Source: Verrucomicrobiales bacterium
GTDB lineage: Bacteria > Verrucomicrobiota > Verrucomicrobiia > Verrucomicrobiales > V1-33
Length of the DNA: 64,000 bases
Assembly: GCA_031411295.1 (NCBI GenBank)
Contig: JANOAV010000072.1
Location: 15,103 to 79,102 of the forward strand
Direction of reading: 5' to 3'
The notes under the pieces are model-generated. The model saw only the letters and a program-made list of their open reading frames with translations, made no database searches and was not told where the DNA came from. A program made the position numbers and the translations under genes. Below are positions 37,801-45,238 of the stretch, in pieces; the stretch's first letter is position 1, and each line of letters opens with the position of its first letter.

Positions 37801-40800
37801 GCGATGACGCGGAAGTCTTTCAGGGGCTTCCCCTCAGCATCCATCACCTTGATCTGAATGCCATTCTGGCGCGCTTCCGCGAGCTTGTCAGGAGCAGTGG
37901 GCGGAGCGAAGGGATCGGCCGTGGGGTGCAGAGGATCAGTGGTCGAAATCATTTTTCCGGGAGGTTGGAGGGAGCGTATTTTAGCGGTTGGGCCGGAGTT
38001 CGGTTCGCCCGTTAATTCCTGGATCAACTTGTTGGCACGGTTTATTTGGTTGATTCTCGGATCAGTGCTGGGAGGTATAATAGACCCGTGTGTAAGCAGG
38101 CTCGACGAGTTGGCTTTCATAGAATCAGGATCGGTGATGGTCCGATTCAATGGTGCGTCTCCCGGGGCGTTGACGCGAAATGCCCCTCCTATCATGGGAA
38201 TGTAACTCGGAGGATAATTCTCCTCCAGCCATGGCAACCCTCTCGGCGCATCCGTGACCATTTCCATGGCGGCTCCATTCGTCTCCTCCGCTAACCAACC
38301 GGATGGCTTCGGCTGAACTTTTGGAGACAGCAGGGAGAGATTTTCTGCGATACGGAGGTTCAGGGCATCGGGTGGAGTTGGCGCAAGGGGCGCAGCAAAC
38401 GTGGCATGGGCGTCCCGCCCATCAGCCTTAACGCTGCCCGGGTCAGGAGAAATGTTGTTGTTCGGAGTAGGCTCGCCTTTAGTGGGATCGCGAGTTGGTG
38501 CTGTGTCTGGGCTTACGGGCGGGACGCCCGTGCCACGTTCAAGAGGGGCGGGACTGCCCGCATCCTGTTCTAGAATCTTAATGGGGATATCTGCCGCAGC
38601 AAGCCTGCCAGTCCACTCCCCAGCAGGCGTGGGCAGCATGTGACCGGACTCATCCAGAACATCATATCCGCTAAGATTGCAGATAACTCTCAACTTACAA
38701 TCCCCCGCAGCATTGACGCAGATGGGATTCGTTGGCAGCGGCTTACTCGGATTGGTAGCGCCTGCAGGAATGAAGGTAGTGTTGTTCGCACGCTCGGATT
38801 CAACCATAAGCGTCATTTGGTAATTGGCTGAGAGTTTCAATGCACGGCCTGGTTCCAGTCGGCAATGCTGCCCTTTGGTGGGATTCATGATGATGCCAGT
38901 AGATGAGATTTCCTCCTTGGGGCCATGAATTTGCGCATAGAAATTATGCTTCGGTGCTAAGCTGTAGGAAAATTTGATAGGTTTTTGGCCGTCGTTGCGG
39001 AGATAAATTGAGGTCAGCTTTATCTCATCCCCAAACTTATACGATGGCGTTGGCTCCAATTGAGCAACCCCTAACCTCAGTCCAACTGGGTTAGGCTCAC
39101 CCCAAACAACTCCTGGGAGATCCGCTGCCATTAGCTCACCAGCTTGGTAGCGGTCGTCTGGCAGGATCGGACGGGCTTTATCCCATTCATCAGCAACTCT
39201 GCCAGCAGTGGACGTCAATTTCGTAAGCGTCTCCCGGCCTGTTGCAGCGAATTGTGAATCGGGATGCGCTGCAAGCCATGTCTTCACCTCTTCGACGGCT
39301 CTCTCATAGCTCCGGGGCGTGCCTTGCTGCACCTCGTCCAACCAACCAAGCGCAATTTCCGCGAGGGTCTCGTCCCCCGATTTCATCATTTCAGATGCGA
39401 CAAAGAGCATTTTATCTGGCCGCTTAAATTGCTCTGGTTCGCGCATCCAAGCTGCAATACCTAGATGCGAAGGATGGCCGGGAATCGGCCCGTAGTAAAG
39501 GTCAGGATCGGGAAAATTCCACACCTTGAAATAAAAGTGGTCACTCCCTGCCTTGAAGTAAATGGAAGGGCCTTGATCCGCCAGCGCGACTGAAAAGACA
39601 TCCTTTCGTTCTCGGAAAAGTTTTGGCTTTCCTGGATATGGCTCTAATACTTCTGGGAACTTACTAGCATCCGTTTGACCAGGGAAATCTCCGAGATTTA
39701 CCCCGCGGATTTTCATCATGGGGCGGTGTTTTACGATCTCGCCGCGAAGTGCATTTTCTGTCAGTTGCTTCAACTTTTCCCGTGTTGAGATCAACTCAGC
39801 AGAGCGCATGTTGGGATGATTTTTGCTAAGAGTGTCTAGCAACTTGGCTGCATCCTTGAACTTGTAGTAAGCAGCGGTGTTGTCTTTTGCTTCCAAGAGT
39901 TTCTCCCCATCGGCTGCTAGAGCACATGCTTCAAGGTATTGAGCATCAGCTAGCGATGCCGTGGCGGGGGCATTCTGTCCCCTAGCCGGAGCGCTGGCCG
40001 GGTCAGGGGAAATGTTGTGGTTCTGAGTAGGCTCGCCTTTAGTGGGATCGCGAGTTGGTGCTGCTGCCGAAGCGTCCGGGCTTACGGGCGGGACGCCCGT
40101 GCCACTTGCTAGAGGTCCGAAGTTGGCTTTGGTGCAGCCTTGGATGATCTTCTGCAATGCTTCTGCGGAAATATCCGCCGAGGCTGCTATCGTAACGCGC
40201 TGGGTTGGCTTCAGGTCTCCTTGCGTGGAGGCGCGCTTCATTTCCCAGTCTAATGCTAGTGCTTTGATGGTTTGGGCTAGCTCATCCATTGTGCAGGTTT
40301 TCTTCTCGCTCTCCAGACTGACTGTCAGTGTGCTGGCTTTATCCATCTGGACGGAAAGGTTCTGGACGTTGGCTAGATTTATCCGCTCCGGATTTCCCGC
40401 CGTGCTCCAGGAATACAGTGTGCTGGCATCCGGTTGTTGATCCTGCGGCACCTCCATAAGCGTGGCCATCTGCGCCATTACCTCAGCCGACGGCGGATGC
40501 TCCTTGGGCCAGCCATTGGTAGAGGTTTCCGTGATCAGATTCGGGTCGGAAAAGTCCACCCGCGTGAAGCGATTTGCGATCGGCTTGCCCGACGCATTTT
40601 TCGCATTGCTACTCACATCCCTTGAGGCAATCCACAGCACCGCATGCTGCGCATCCCAAGCTACTGCATAGAGAGATCGTGCCGCAAAGACATCGCCCGC
40701 AATCCAAGTGGACCAATGCTGAGCTGGCCGATTCCCCAACGCTGGCCAACTAAGGATGGCAGTAGTGGACACATCCGAGCCATGAATTACTTCGCCATAA

Positions 40801-43700
40801 ATGTGGAGCGACACGCCTCCCGCCATCGCCCAGGTGCCGGGAAGGCTTGTGGCATGGGCGTCCCGCCCATAAGCCTTAGCGCTGACCGGTTCTGGGGAAA
40901 TGCTGGGGTTCGGAGTTTGCTGTGCTTTGGTGGGGTCGGGACCGGGTGCTGCTGGCGAAGCGTCTGGGCTTGGGGGCAGAATGCCCCCGCCACGCTCGAG
41001 GAGGGGGAGCGTTTCGCTCCCCTTGGTGGCTTTTTCATTTTCAAGAGGGGCGGGCCGACCCCCCTCCTTTTTCCTGACCTTGGTGATTTTGTTGACAATT
41101 TTCTGCGCAGCCGCTTCCGTGAAATTTCCTGTGATCATGACCGATGCTCCCATTTCTGATTGGATCGTTGGTGCAGTGAGGACCACTCCATCAGCCACGA
41201 TGGCCAAGGCTTCGTGAAGGTGAGCCTTAGAGAATGTGCTCATTTTTTCTGCGCCTGCGGGAGTGAGTTCTAAGAGAATACTCCAAGGATTGCTCTCCGC
41301 CTCATTCCTTTGGGTGACTGCTGACTTCACGTCTTCCATTGTGAGGATTGGGGCACGCTCCAATTGCAGCCATGCTTCTTTACCCACGGGCACGGGAGCA
41401 CGCCAAGTCTCAGAGAAAGGAGTGTCTTTAGGGCTCACCGCACGAAACTCCACGGGGCTGAAATATTGCAGTGAGGGATGGGGAAATAACTTTCTGAACT
41501 GCTCGTAAATCGGGATCAGGACATCGTATGGTGTGCCGCGCTCCAAGTGGATTCGCAGGATGCGGGTATCACTGACGATACGATCCAAGGCGTCATGCAA
41601 CTCGCCAATCGTGATCGGTTTGCGAGGGGCCTCTGCTTTGGCGTCGTTATACAAATACATCGTGCCATCGCTCTCGATACGCAGGAGGTCATCTGCTGGA
41701 ATGCCTTTGGTTTCTTCCGCTTCTGCGATTGCTCTGGCAATGAATTGCTGGAAACGCTGTAACATTTCTTGGCATATTTGAACATCCCCGCGTTGGAAGT
41801 CAGCTTGCAGCTTCTCCTGCCACTTGGCTTTCATTGCTAGTAAATCGTGCAGGTCCAGCTCATCCTGCATCACCAGTAACTCAGTGCCTCCAGGCCATCG
41901 GCCAATTTTTAATAGTTCGATACCACCATCCATTATTTTGAGACGAGACGCGATCTGATCCGGTGAAAATTTCGGATTTCTCTTTTGTGATTCTTCAAAT
42001 GTGGCTTTCGCCCTCTCGAATTCTTCCACAACGGAGCGGTCAACCCCAGTATGCCAAAATGGTCCATTGGGGATTTTTCGATAAGCCTCCAAGTAGGTCG
42101 CACGAATTTGCTGCTTCAAATTTCCCGGGAGAGGAGGAAGTTCATGCGGGGCGGGACGCCCCTCCACCTTGGGCTTGGCTGTCGCTTCATCCCAAGCAGC
42201 CATCATGGCTTCCTGTTTATTGAGTAGCGGATTTTTGACCGTGACTTGTTGCAGATTGCCCTCAGCGGTTAGCAGCAAAACGCGGCCCTTGGTGAGGTCG
42301 ATTGAGAGCGGCGGGGCATCCTTCCTGAAATTTGATTTAACTTCCAGTTCATTGGTATTGGAGGATCTCACGGTTAGCTCTAGGTATTCCCCGTTCAGTG
42401 CTTTCATGTTACACCGCACCACGGTCCATGGCTTAACTTTGCTCATTTCAGGAAGATACCATGAGGGACCGGTTTGGTTGCCTGCTGCTTCAATGATGGC
42501 GAAGATGGGTGTCTTGCCAACCGCAACGTAAACGGCGTGACAGGTTTGATTGCCGACCTCTCCAGTGGTTGCTTGGATGATCGCTTCATTCTCAAGAGGG
42601 GCGGGCCGCCCCTCCTCCTTTGCGAGGGCAAACGGGATGATGGCCAAGGCTAGCACGGCTAGGAGTCCCAACGGCCAGGAGCGGGATTTCTCTTCTGGCA
42701 GGCCCAGGATGCGGCGGATGCGAGCCAGCAGGGAGCCGCCGGTGGCGGAAACGCTGAGGACGGGCGCCACTCCGCGCAGTTCTTCCAAGGCGGTTAGGGC
42801 TTTGGCATAACCGAGTGCTCCGCCGCAGGCGCTGGCAGCCAGGTCATCACAACAATGCTCGCGTTCTTCGCGCATTTTAGTGGAGATCCACCAGACCGCG
42901 GGGTGGTAGAAAAACAACGTTTCCATGAAATGCTGGAACAGATTAGCCAGGTAATCATGTCGGCGGATGTGGGCCAGTTCGTGGGCCAGGATGGCTTCCA
43001 GTTGGGCGGTCGTCAGGCCAGTGAACAATCCTGCAGGCACCAGCACCACGGGCTTCAACCATCCGATGACCATGGGCACAGCAATGGCTGCCGAGGACAG
43101 AAATTGCACCGGGCGACTGACTTCCAGCACGGCACGGAGTTGGGAGAAACGTTGTTTCCATTCCGCGCTGACAATGTCCTGGCCACTGCGTTTCCAGCCA
43201 CGCACCGCCAGCAACGCAAAGAGGAAACGTAGCGCAAAACACACCACGCCCACCGCCCAGAGGCCAAGCGCCCACGGCAAATACGGGCGCACTTTTTCAG
43301 AAAATGGCACGGGTGGTGGTGCCGGCAACGGTGCAGCCTCAGCCAGGGGAGCAGCTGCCACCGGCGGTGCCTGCGGGATTAGCGGAGGCATGGCTTCCGG
43401 GATTACAGCAGGCTGCATAAGTGGTTCCTGGTAAGGCCTATAGGCCGTATAGGTCTCATGGGACCTATTTTCTGAAACCACCGCCACCACAGGACGCTCC
43501 CAAACTACCGCCAGCGTCCCCAGAAACGCCCCCAGCATCAACAGCAGTGCCAAACCCGCCAATGCATAGCGCACTTGCGCGGTGCGCTGCCGCAGCACCC
43601 GCAAGCACAAGCCCAGCAGCAGGGCCACCACCGCACCCTGCCAGAGAAAATGCAGCAACGCCCAACCGAGCGCCTCTGTGTAATTATTCAAGAAGTGCAT
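34878..43700 (-). CDS. Giant BlaR1/MecR1-like M56 metallopeptidase sensor (2940 aa) with modular C-terminal domains
   Basis: LGWALLHFLWQG, P..IGWLKPVVLVP, HELAHIRRHD, FFYHPAVWW, EREHCCD; directly downstream of a BlaI-family gene. Confidence 0.92.
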   Translation of the reverse strand: MHFLNNYTEALGWALLHFLWQGAVVALLLGLCLRVLRQRTAQVRYALAGLALLLMLGAFLGTLAVVWERPVVAVVSENRSHETYTAYRPYQEPLMQPAVIPEAMPPLIPQAPPVAAAPLAEAAPLPAPPPVPFSEKVRPYLPWALGLWAVGVVCFALRFLFALLAVRGWKRSGQDIVSAEWKQRFSQLRAVLEVSRPVQFLSSAAIAVPMVIGWLKPVVLVPAGLFTGLTTAQLEAILAHELAHIRRHDYLANLFQHFMETLFFYHPAVWWISTKMREEREHCCDDLAASACGGALGYAKALTALEELRGVAPVLSVSATGGSLLARIRRILGLPEEKSRSWPLGLLAVLALAIIPFALAKEEGRPAPLENEAIIQATTGEVGNQTCHAVYVAVGKTPIFAIIEAAGNQTGPSWYLPEMSKVKPWTVVRCNMKALNGEYLELTVRSSNTNELEVKSNFRKDAPPLSIDLTKGRVLLLTAEGNLQQVTVKNPLLNKQEAMMAAWDEATAKPKVEGRPAPHELPPLPGNLKQQIRATYLEAYRKIPNGPFWHTGVDRSVVEEFERAKATFEESQKRNPKFSPDQIASRLKIMDGGIELLKIGRWPGGTELLVMQDELDLHDLLAMKAKWQEKLQADFQRGDVQICQEMLQRFQQFIARAIAEAEETKGIPADDLLRIESDGTMYLYNDAKAEAPRKPITIGELHDALDRIVSDTRILRIHLERGTPYDVLIPIYEQFRKLFPHPSLQYFSPVEFRAVSPKDTPFSETWRAPVPVGKEAWLQLERAPILTMEDVKSAVTQRNEAESNPWSILLELTPAGAEKMSTFSKAHLHEALAIVADGVVLTAPTIQSEMGASVMITGNFTEAAAQKIVNKITKVRKKEGGRPAPLENEKATKGSETLPLLERGGGILPPSPDASPAAPGPDPTKAQQTPNPSISPEPVSAKAYGRDAHATSLPGTWAMAGGVSLHIYGEVIHGSDVSTTAILSWPALGNRPAQHWSTWIAGDVFAARSLYAVAWDAQHAVLWIASRDVSSNAKNASGKPIANRFTRVDFSDPNLITETSTNGWPKEHPPSAEVMAQMATLMEVPQDQQPDASTLYSWSTAGNPERINLANVQNLSVQMDKASTLTVSLESEKKTCTMDELAQTIKALALDWEMKRASTQGDLKPTQRVTIAASADISAEALQKIIQGCTKANFGPLASGTGVPPVSPDASAAAPTRDPTKGEPTQNHNISPDPASAPARGQNAPATASLADAQYLEACALAADGEKLLEAKDNTAAYYKFKDAAKLLDTLSKNHPNMRSAELISTREKLKQLTENALRGEIVKHRPMMKIRGVNLGDFPGQTDASKFPEVLEPYPGKPKLFRERKDVFSVALADQGPSIYFKAGSDHFYFKVWNFPDPDLYYGPIPGHPSHLGIAAWMREPEQFKRPDKMLFVASEMMKSGDETLAEIALGWLDEVQQGTPRSYERAVEEVKTWLAAHPDSQFAATGRETLTKLTSTAGRVADEWDKARPILPDDRYQAGELMAADLPGVVWGEPNPVGLRLGVAQLEPTPSYKFGDEIKLTSIYLRNDGQKPIKFSYSLAPKHNFYAQIHGPKEEISSTGIIMNPTKGQHCRLEPGRALKLSANYQMTLMVESERANNTTFIPAGATNPSKPLPTNPICVNAAGDCKLRVICNLSGYDVLDESGHMLPTPAGEWTGRLAAADIPIKILEQDAGSPAPLERGTGVPPVSPDTAPTRDPTKGEPTPNNNISPDPGSVKADGRDAHATFAAPLAPTPPDALNLRIAENLSLLSPKVQPKPSGWLAEETNGAAMEMVTDAPRGLPWLEENYPPSYIPMIGGAFRVNAPGDAPLNRTITDPDSMKANSSSLLTHGSIIPPSTDPRINQINRANKLIQELTGEPNSGPTAKIRSLQPPGKMISTTDPLHPTADPFAPPTAPDKLAEARQNGIQIKVMDAEGKPLKDFRVIAGVPSSVSAEFEKAHNVKVANWQSHTLHFGHREGLIWPLDKAYDDMALRVEADGYVPQMVAGLDRKKGGQELSFKFVPDQGVSGSVTLPDGKSPASKATVVLAMIRRNFRYLAKEAHSDDIADLAGGPTTPREQWDRPRSVSADDAGKFTLPTEIDPTAVVLIYHQDGVLEMSYAKWLVNPNVTLQPWGRIRGRVHWGDRVGAGETIDLSVNHGDAYGYPDIISQSDSTTADAEGNFTFERVLPGLAQLSIPFKTKDAKGAEFTTYQDGMTIHADVKAPQTEVTMGGVGRLVKGQLMGRDNWDGVTFHFHPTAPHIGFAGDDMMWQAWRDFQNSPKGPVFFRDGLKVNVDGSFAIPGMLPGRYQIFFSKDGEKSHVASSQFTVEVEKPNVKPAPLILPEIKAIKEEGRPAPPEKENDNKGGGTPPLLERGTGVPPVSLEASPADSTPDPTKVQSPPKPKVSIVPGSRRADGRDAHATMTFAEHCKKVAAGKGVVNELNTITAWGAEQQGLQAGLIMLGKSVWGEPCAGWIVVQNTSATETREFTLCQSSNTLHFLAEDEHGNALTCQEWFGKLFGNDALITKKLGPGEQLAFSIDAITISQFADQPAPSIHLPENERTCRLWFDLDQIIRPQVPMKSFTTGKVLMNMVQGPEEEVRRREALKAAQDQARAVPKVELLQDAEGSLLVITRGVERVRIYSSEPLKHTLTVDTRTKEEAWSLHGDVIVEHKDGTVSKLPANWASDAPEKFVVDGQTFQRQTFRIKVHDSHAPDTKNQEVSSADAEPDNPWHFKPEIFLRIQPDSKVLALFPTDNITKENELTNIRKCLQELDARAIKYALSRALANQRHGVIEWKEEQSDGERMLKLKIAEDGKIQFLPTPDRMIERKLEPARLTALKKWITGLGQTSVPPKVTSATPQEGEFHMWKSFEILPGATHFSIIDNKNANTVSHRFWSANGPLGNSNYEQIKARLLELVK
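36373..36517. repeat. Coding REP-doublet linker A in the M56 gene
   Basis: GTGGCATGGGCGTCCCGCCCAT ... ACGGGCGGGACGCCCGTGCCAC inverted arms. Confidence 0.9.
38401..38536. repeat. Coding REP-doublet linker B in the M56 gene
   Basis: Same arms as linker A; spacer homologous to linkers C and D. Confidence 0.9.
39961..40105. repeat. Coding REP-doublet linker C (hybrid arms) in the M56 gene
   Basis: GTGGCGGGGGCATTCTGTCCCCTAGCC ... ACGGGCGGGACGCCCGTGCCAC. Confidence 0.9.
40849..40993. repeat. Coding REP-doublet linker D (hybrid arms) in the M56 gene
   Basis: GTGGCATGGGCGTCCCGCCCAT ... GGCTTGGGGGCAGAATGCCCCCGCCAC. Confidence 0.9.
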
Positions 43701-43712
43701 GCTGGGTGCTGG

Positions 43713-44102
43713 TTAAGATTCATTGCCTTCCATTTTATCCAGCAGCCGACGAATGTCCGCCAACTCCTGTTTGCTGGCCTTGCGCTCGCTCAGCGCCTGC
43801 ATTACCAACTGACCGGGATTTCCCCCGAACGCCTTCTGCAACAAGTCCCGCACCAGTTGGCGCTGCGTTTGTTCCGCCTTGATGGCTGCATGGTAAATGT
43901 GGGAGCGGGCGGATTCGTCACGCTCCACCAATCCTTTGTCCGCCATCTTCTGGAGGATCTTCAGTGTGGTGGTGTAACCCGTTTCCTTCTCATCTCCCAT
44001 GGCCTCGTGAATCTCCCGCACCGTGCTGGGGCCGCGCTCCCAGAGGACTCGCAGCAGTTGGAGTTCGGCTTCAGTGGGTTTCGGTAGATTTTTCAGGCTC
44101 AT
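43713..44102 (-). CDS. BlaI/MecI/CopY family repressor
   Basis: PTEAELQLLRVLWERGPSTVREIH, YTTTLKILQKM..KGLV.R; start placed at MSLKNL from promoter geometry. Confidence 0.93.
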   Translation of the reverse strand: MSLKNLPKPTEAELQLLRVLWERGPSTVREIHEAMGDEKETGYTTTLKILQKMADKGLVERDESARSHIYHAAIKAEQTQRQLVRDLLQKAFGGNPGQLVMQALSERKASKQELADIRRLLDKMEGNES

Positions 44103-44152
44103 GGCGGCCATCATACGATCCGTGTCGTAGGTTGTCAACGACGAATGTCGTA
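44103..44152 (-). promoter_or_regulatory. Sigma70 promoter with two TACGA-N6-TCGTA dyads (putative BlaI-family operators)
   Basis: Minus strand TTGACA (44138-44133)-17 nt-TATGAT (44115-44110)-7 nt-ATG; dyads at 44114-44129 and 44137-44152. Confidence 0.75.
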
Positions 44153-44189
44153 TGTTGAGATGAGGCGCGCGAATTCTTTGGGCGCGCGC

Positions 44190-44221
44190 TAGTCCTTTAG
44201 TCCTTTAGTCCTTTAGTCCTT
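44190..44221. repeat. 8-bp tandem repeat x4 overlapping the M28 stop codon
   Basis: (TAGTCCTT)x4. Confidence 0.9.
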
Positions 44222-45220
44222 GAGCGGGGCGGAGAGGAGTTTCTCGATGGTCTGGAGCGTGGTCTGGCCCGCAATTTCCAAGCTCTTCTCGCTGATGGAA
44301 TCCATGCTATCCGAGGAGGTGTGCCACGCCTTGAAATCCAGATCGATGATGTCCACAGCTTTGATCCCGGAAACCAGGAACGGCACGTGATCGTCCAGAA
44401 TCTGGCCGCGAGAGTTGCCGAAGTAGGCTTCGTATTTTAGCTCTGCGGCTGCGGTGAAAACGAGCTTCCTCAGGCTGTCGGTAGAGTTCGCTGGAATCTC
44501 GATTTTGAAATCTTTATCGCCCACCATGTCCAGGAGGATCATGAAGGCGGGACGTTGCACGGAGGGGAGTTGCCGCATTTCCTTTACGTAGTGACGGCTG
44601 CCATAGAGGCCGTCACTGGGGAGCGGGGCCCCATTTTCGGTGTCATATTTGACGGTGGCTTCCTCTCCATCGAAGAAGACCAGTTCGATAAACTGCGCGG
44701 CATCGGCTCGAGCGCCCAACACCCGGGCGAATTCCAAGAGCACGCCCGTGCTGGACCCGCCGTCGTTGGCACCAACGAACGCGAACGAACTGAAGAGCTT
44801 GGTATCAAAATGCGAGCCCAGCAGGATGGCGCAGGGACGATTCCAGGTATCGCTGCCAGCGATGGGCAGGCGGGCGCGGACGTTGGTAAATTCAATAGTT
44901 CCCTTGGGGGTGTAATCGCTGAAGGTTTGCAATTTCACGTCCCAGCCGACGGCTTTGAGTTGCTCCACCAGATAGTTGCGACATTTAGCCAGGGCTTCAC
45001 TGCCGGCCGGACGCGGTCCGAAATCGACCTGAGCCTTGACGTGGGCCATGGCTTTGGCGGCGGAGTAGTCAGCCCGCAGGGGCTTGGCGGGGTCTGGTTT
45101 GAAGAGCGTGAGCGCTTGCTCGGCGGCCTGCTTTTCTTTGGAATCACAAGCGGTGAGGCCCAAGAGGCCCGCAGTGGTGAGTGTTAGCAGGAAGAGACGG
45201 GAAACAAGCAGGGAACGCAT
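44213..45220 (-). CDS. M28 family peptidase / glutaminyl-cyclase-like lipoprotein
   Basis: Lipobox LTAC, FGPRPAGS, SHFDTK, GANDGGSSTG, FFDGEEA, LLDMVG, DDHVPF, WHT..D. Confidence 0.88.
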   Translation of the reverse strand: MRSLLVSRLFLLTLTTAGLLGLTACDSKEKQAAEQALTLFKPDPAKPLRADYSAAKAMAHVKAQVDFGPRPAGSEALAKCRNYLVEQLKAVGWDVKLQTFSDYTPKGTIEFTNVRARLPIAGSDTWNRPCAILLGSHFDTKLFSSFAFVGANDGGSSTGVLLEFARVLGARADAAQFIELVFFDGEEATVKYDTENGAPLPSDGLYGSRHYVKEMRQLPSVQRPAFMILLDMVGDKDFKIEIPANSTDSLRKLVFTAAAELKYEAYFGNSRGQILDDHVPFLVSGIKAVDIIDLDFKAWHTSSDSMDSISEKSLEIAGQTTLQTIEKLLSAPLKD

Positions 45221-45238
45221 GGGAATGGTTGGATAAAT

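Noticed and set aside
36373..40993. True integron attC array
   Set aside because: No integron integrase, no GTTRRRY/RYYYAAC cores recognised, and the modules lack their own start and stop codons; kept only as an analogy.
34878..44102. Beta-lactam resistance locus
   Set aside because: No beta-lactamase or penicillin-binding sensor domain was recognised; the M56/BlaI pair is a generic signalling module here.
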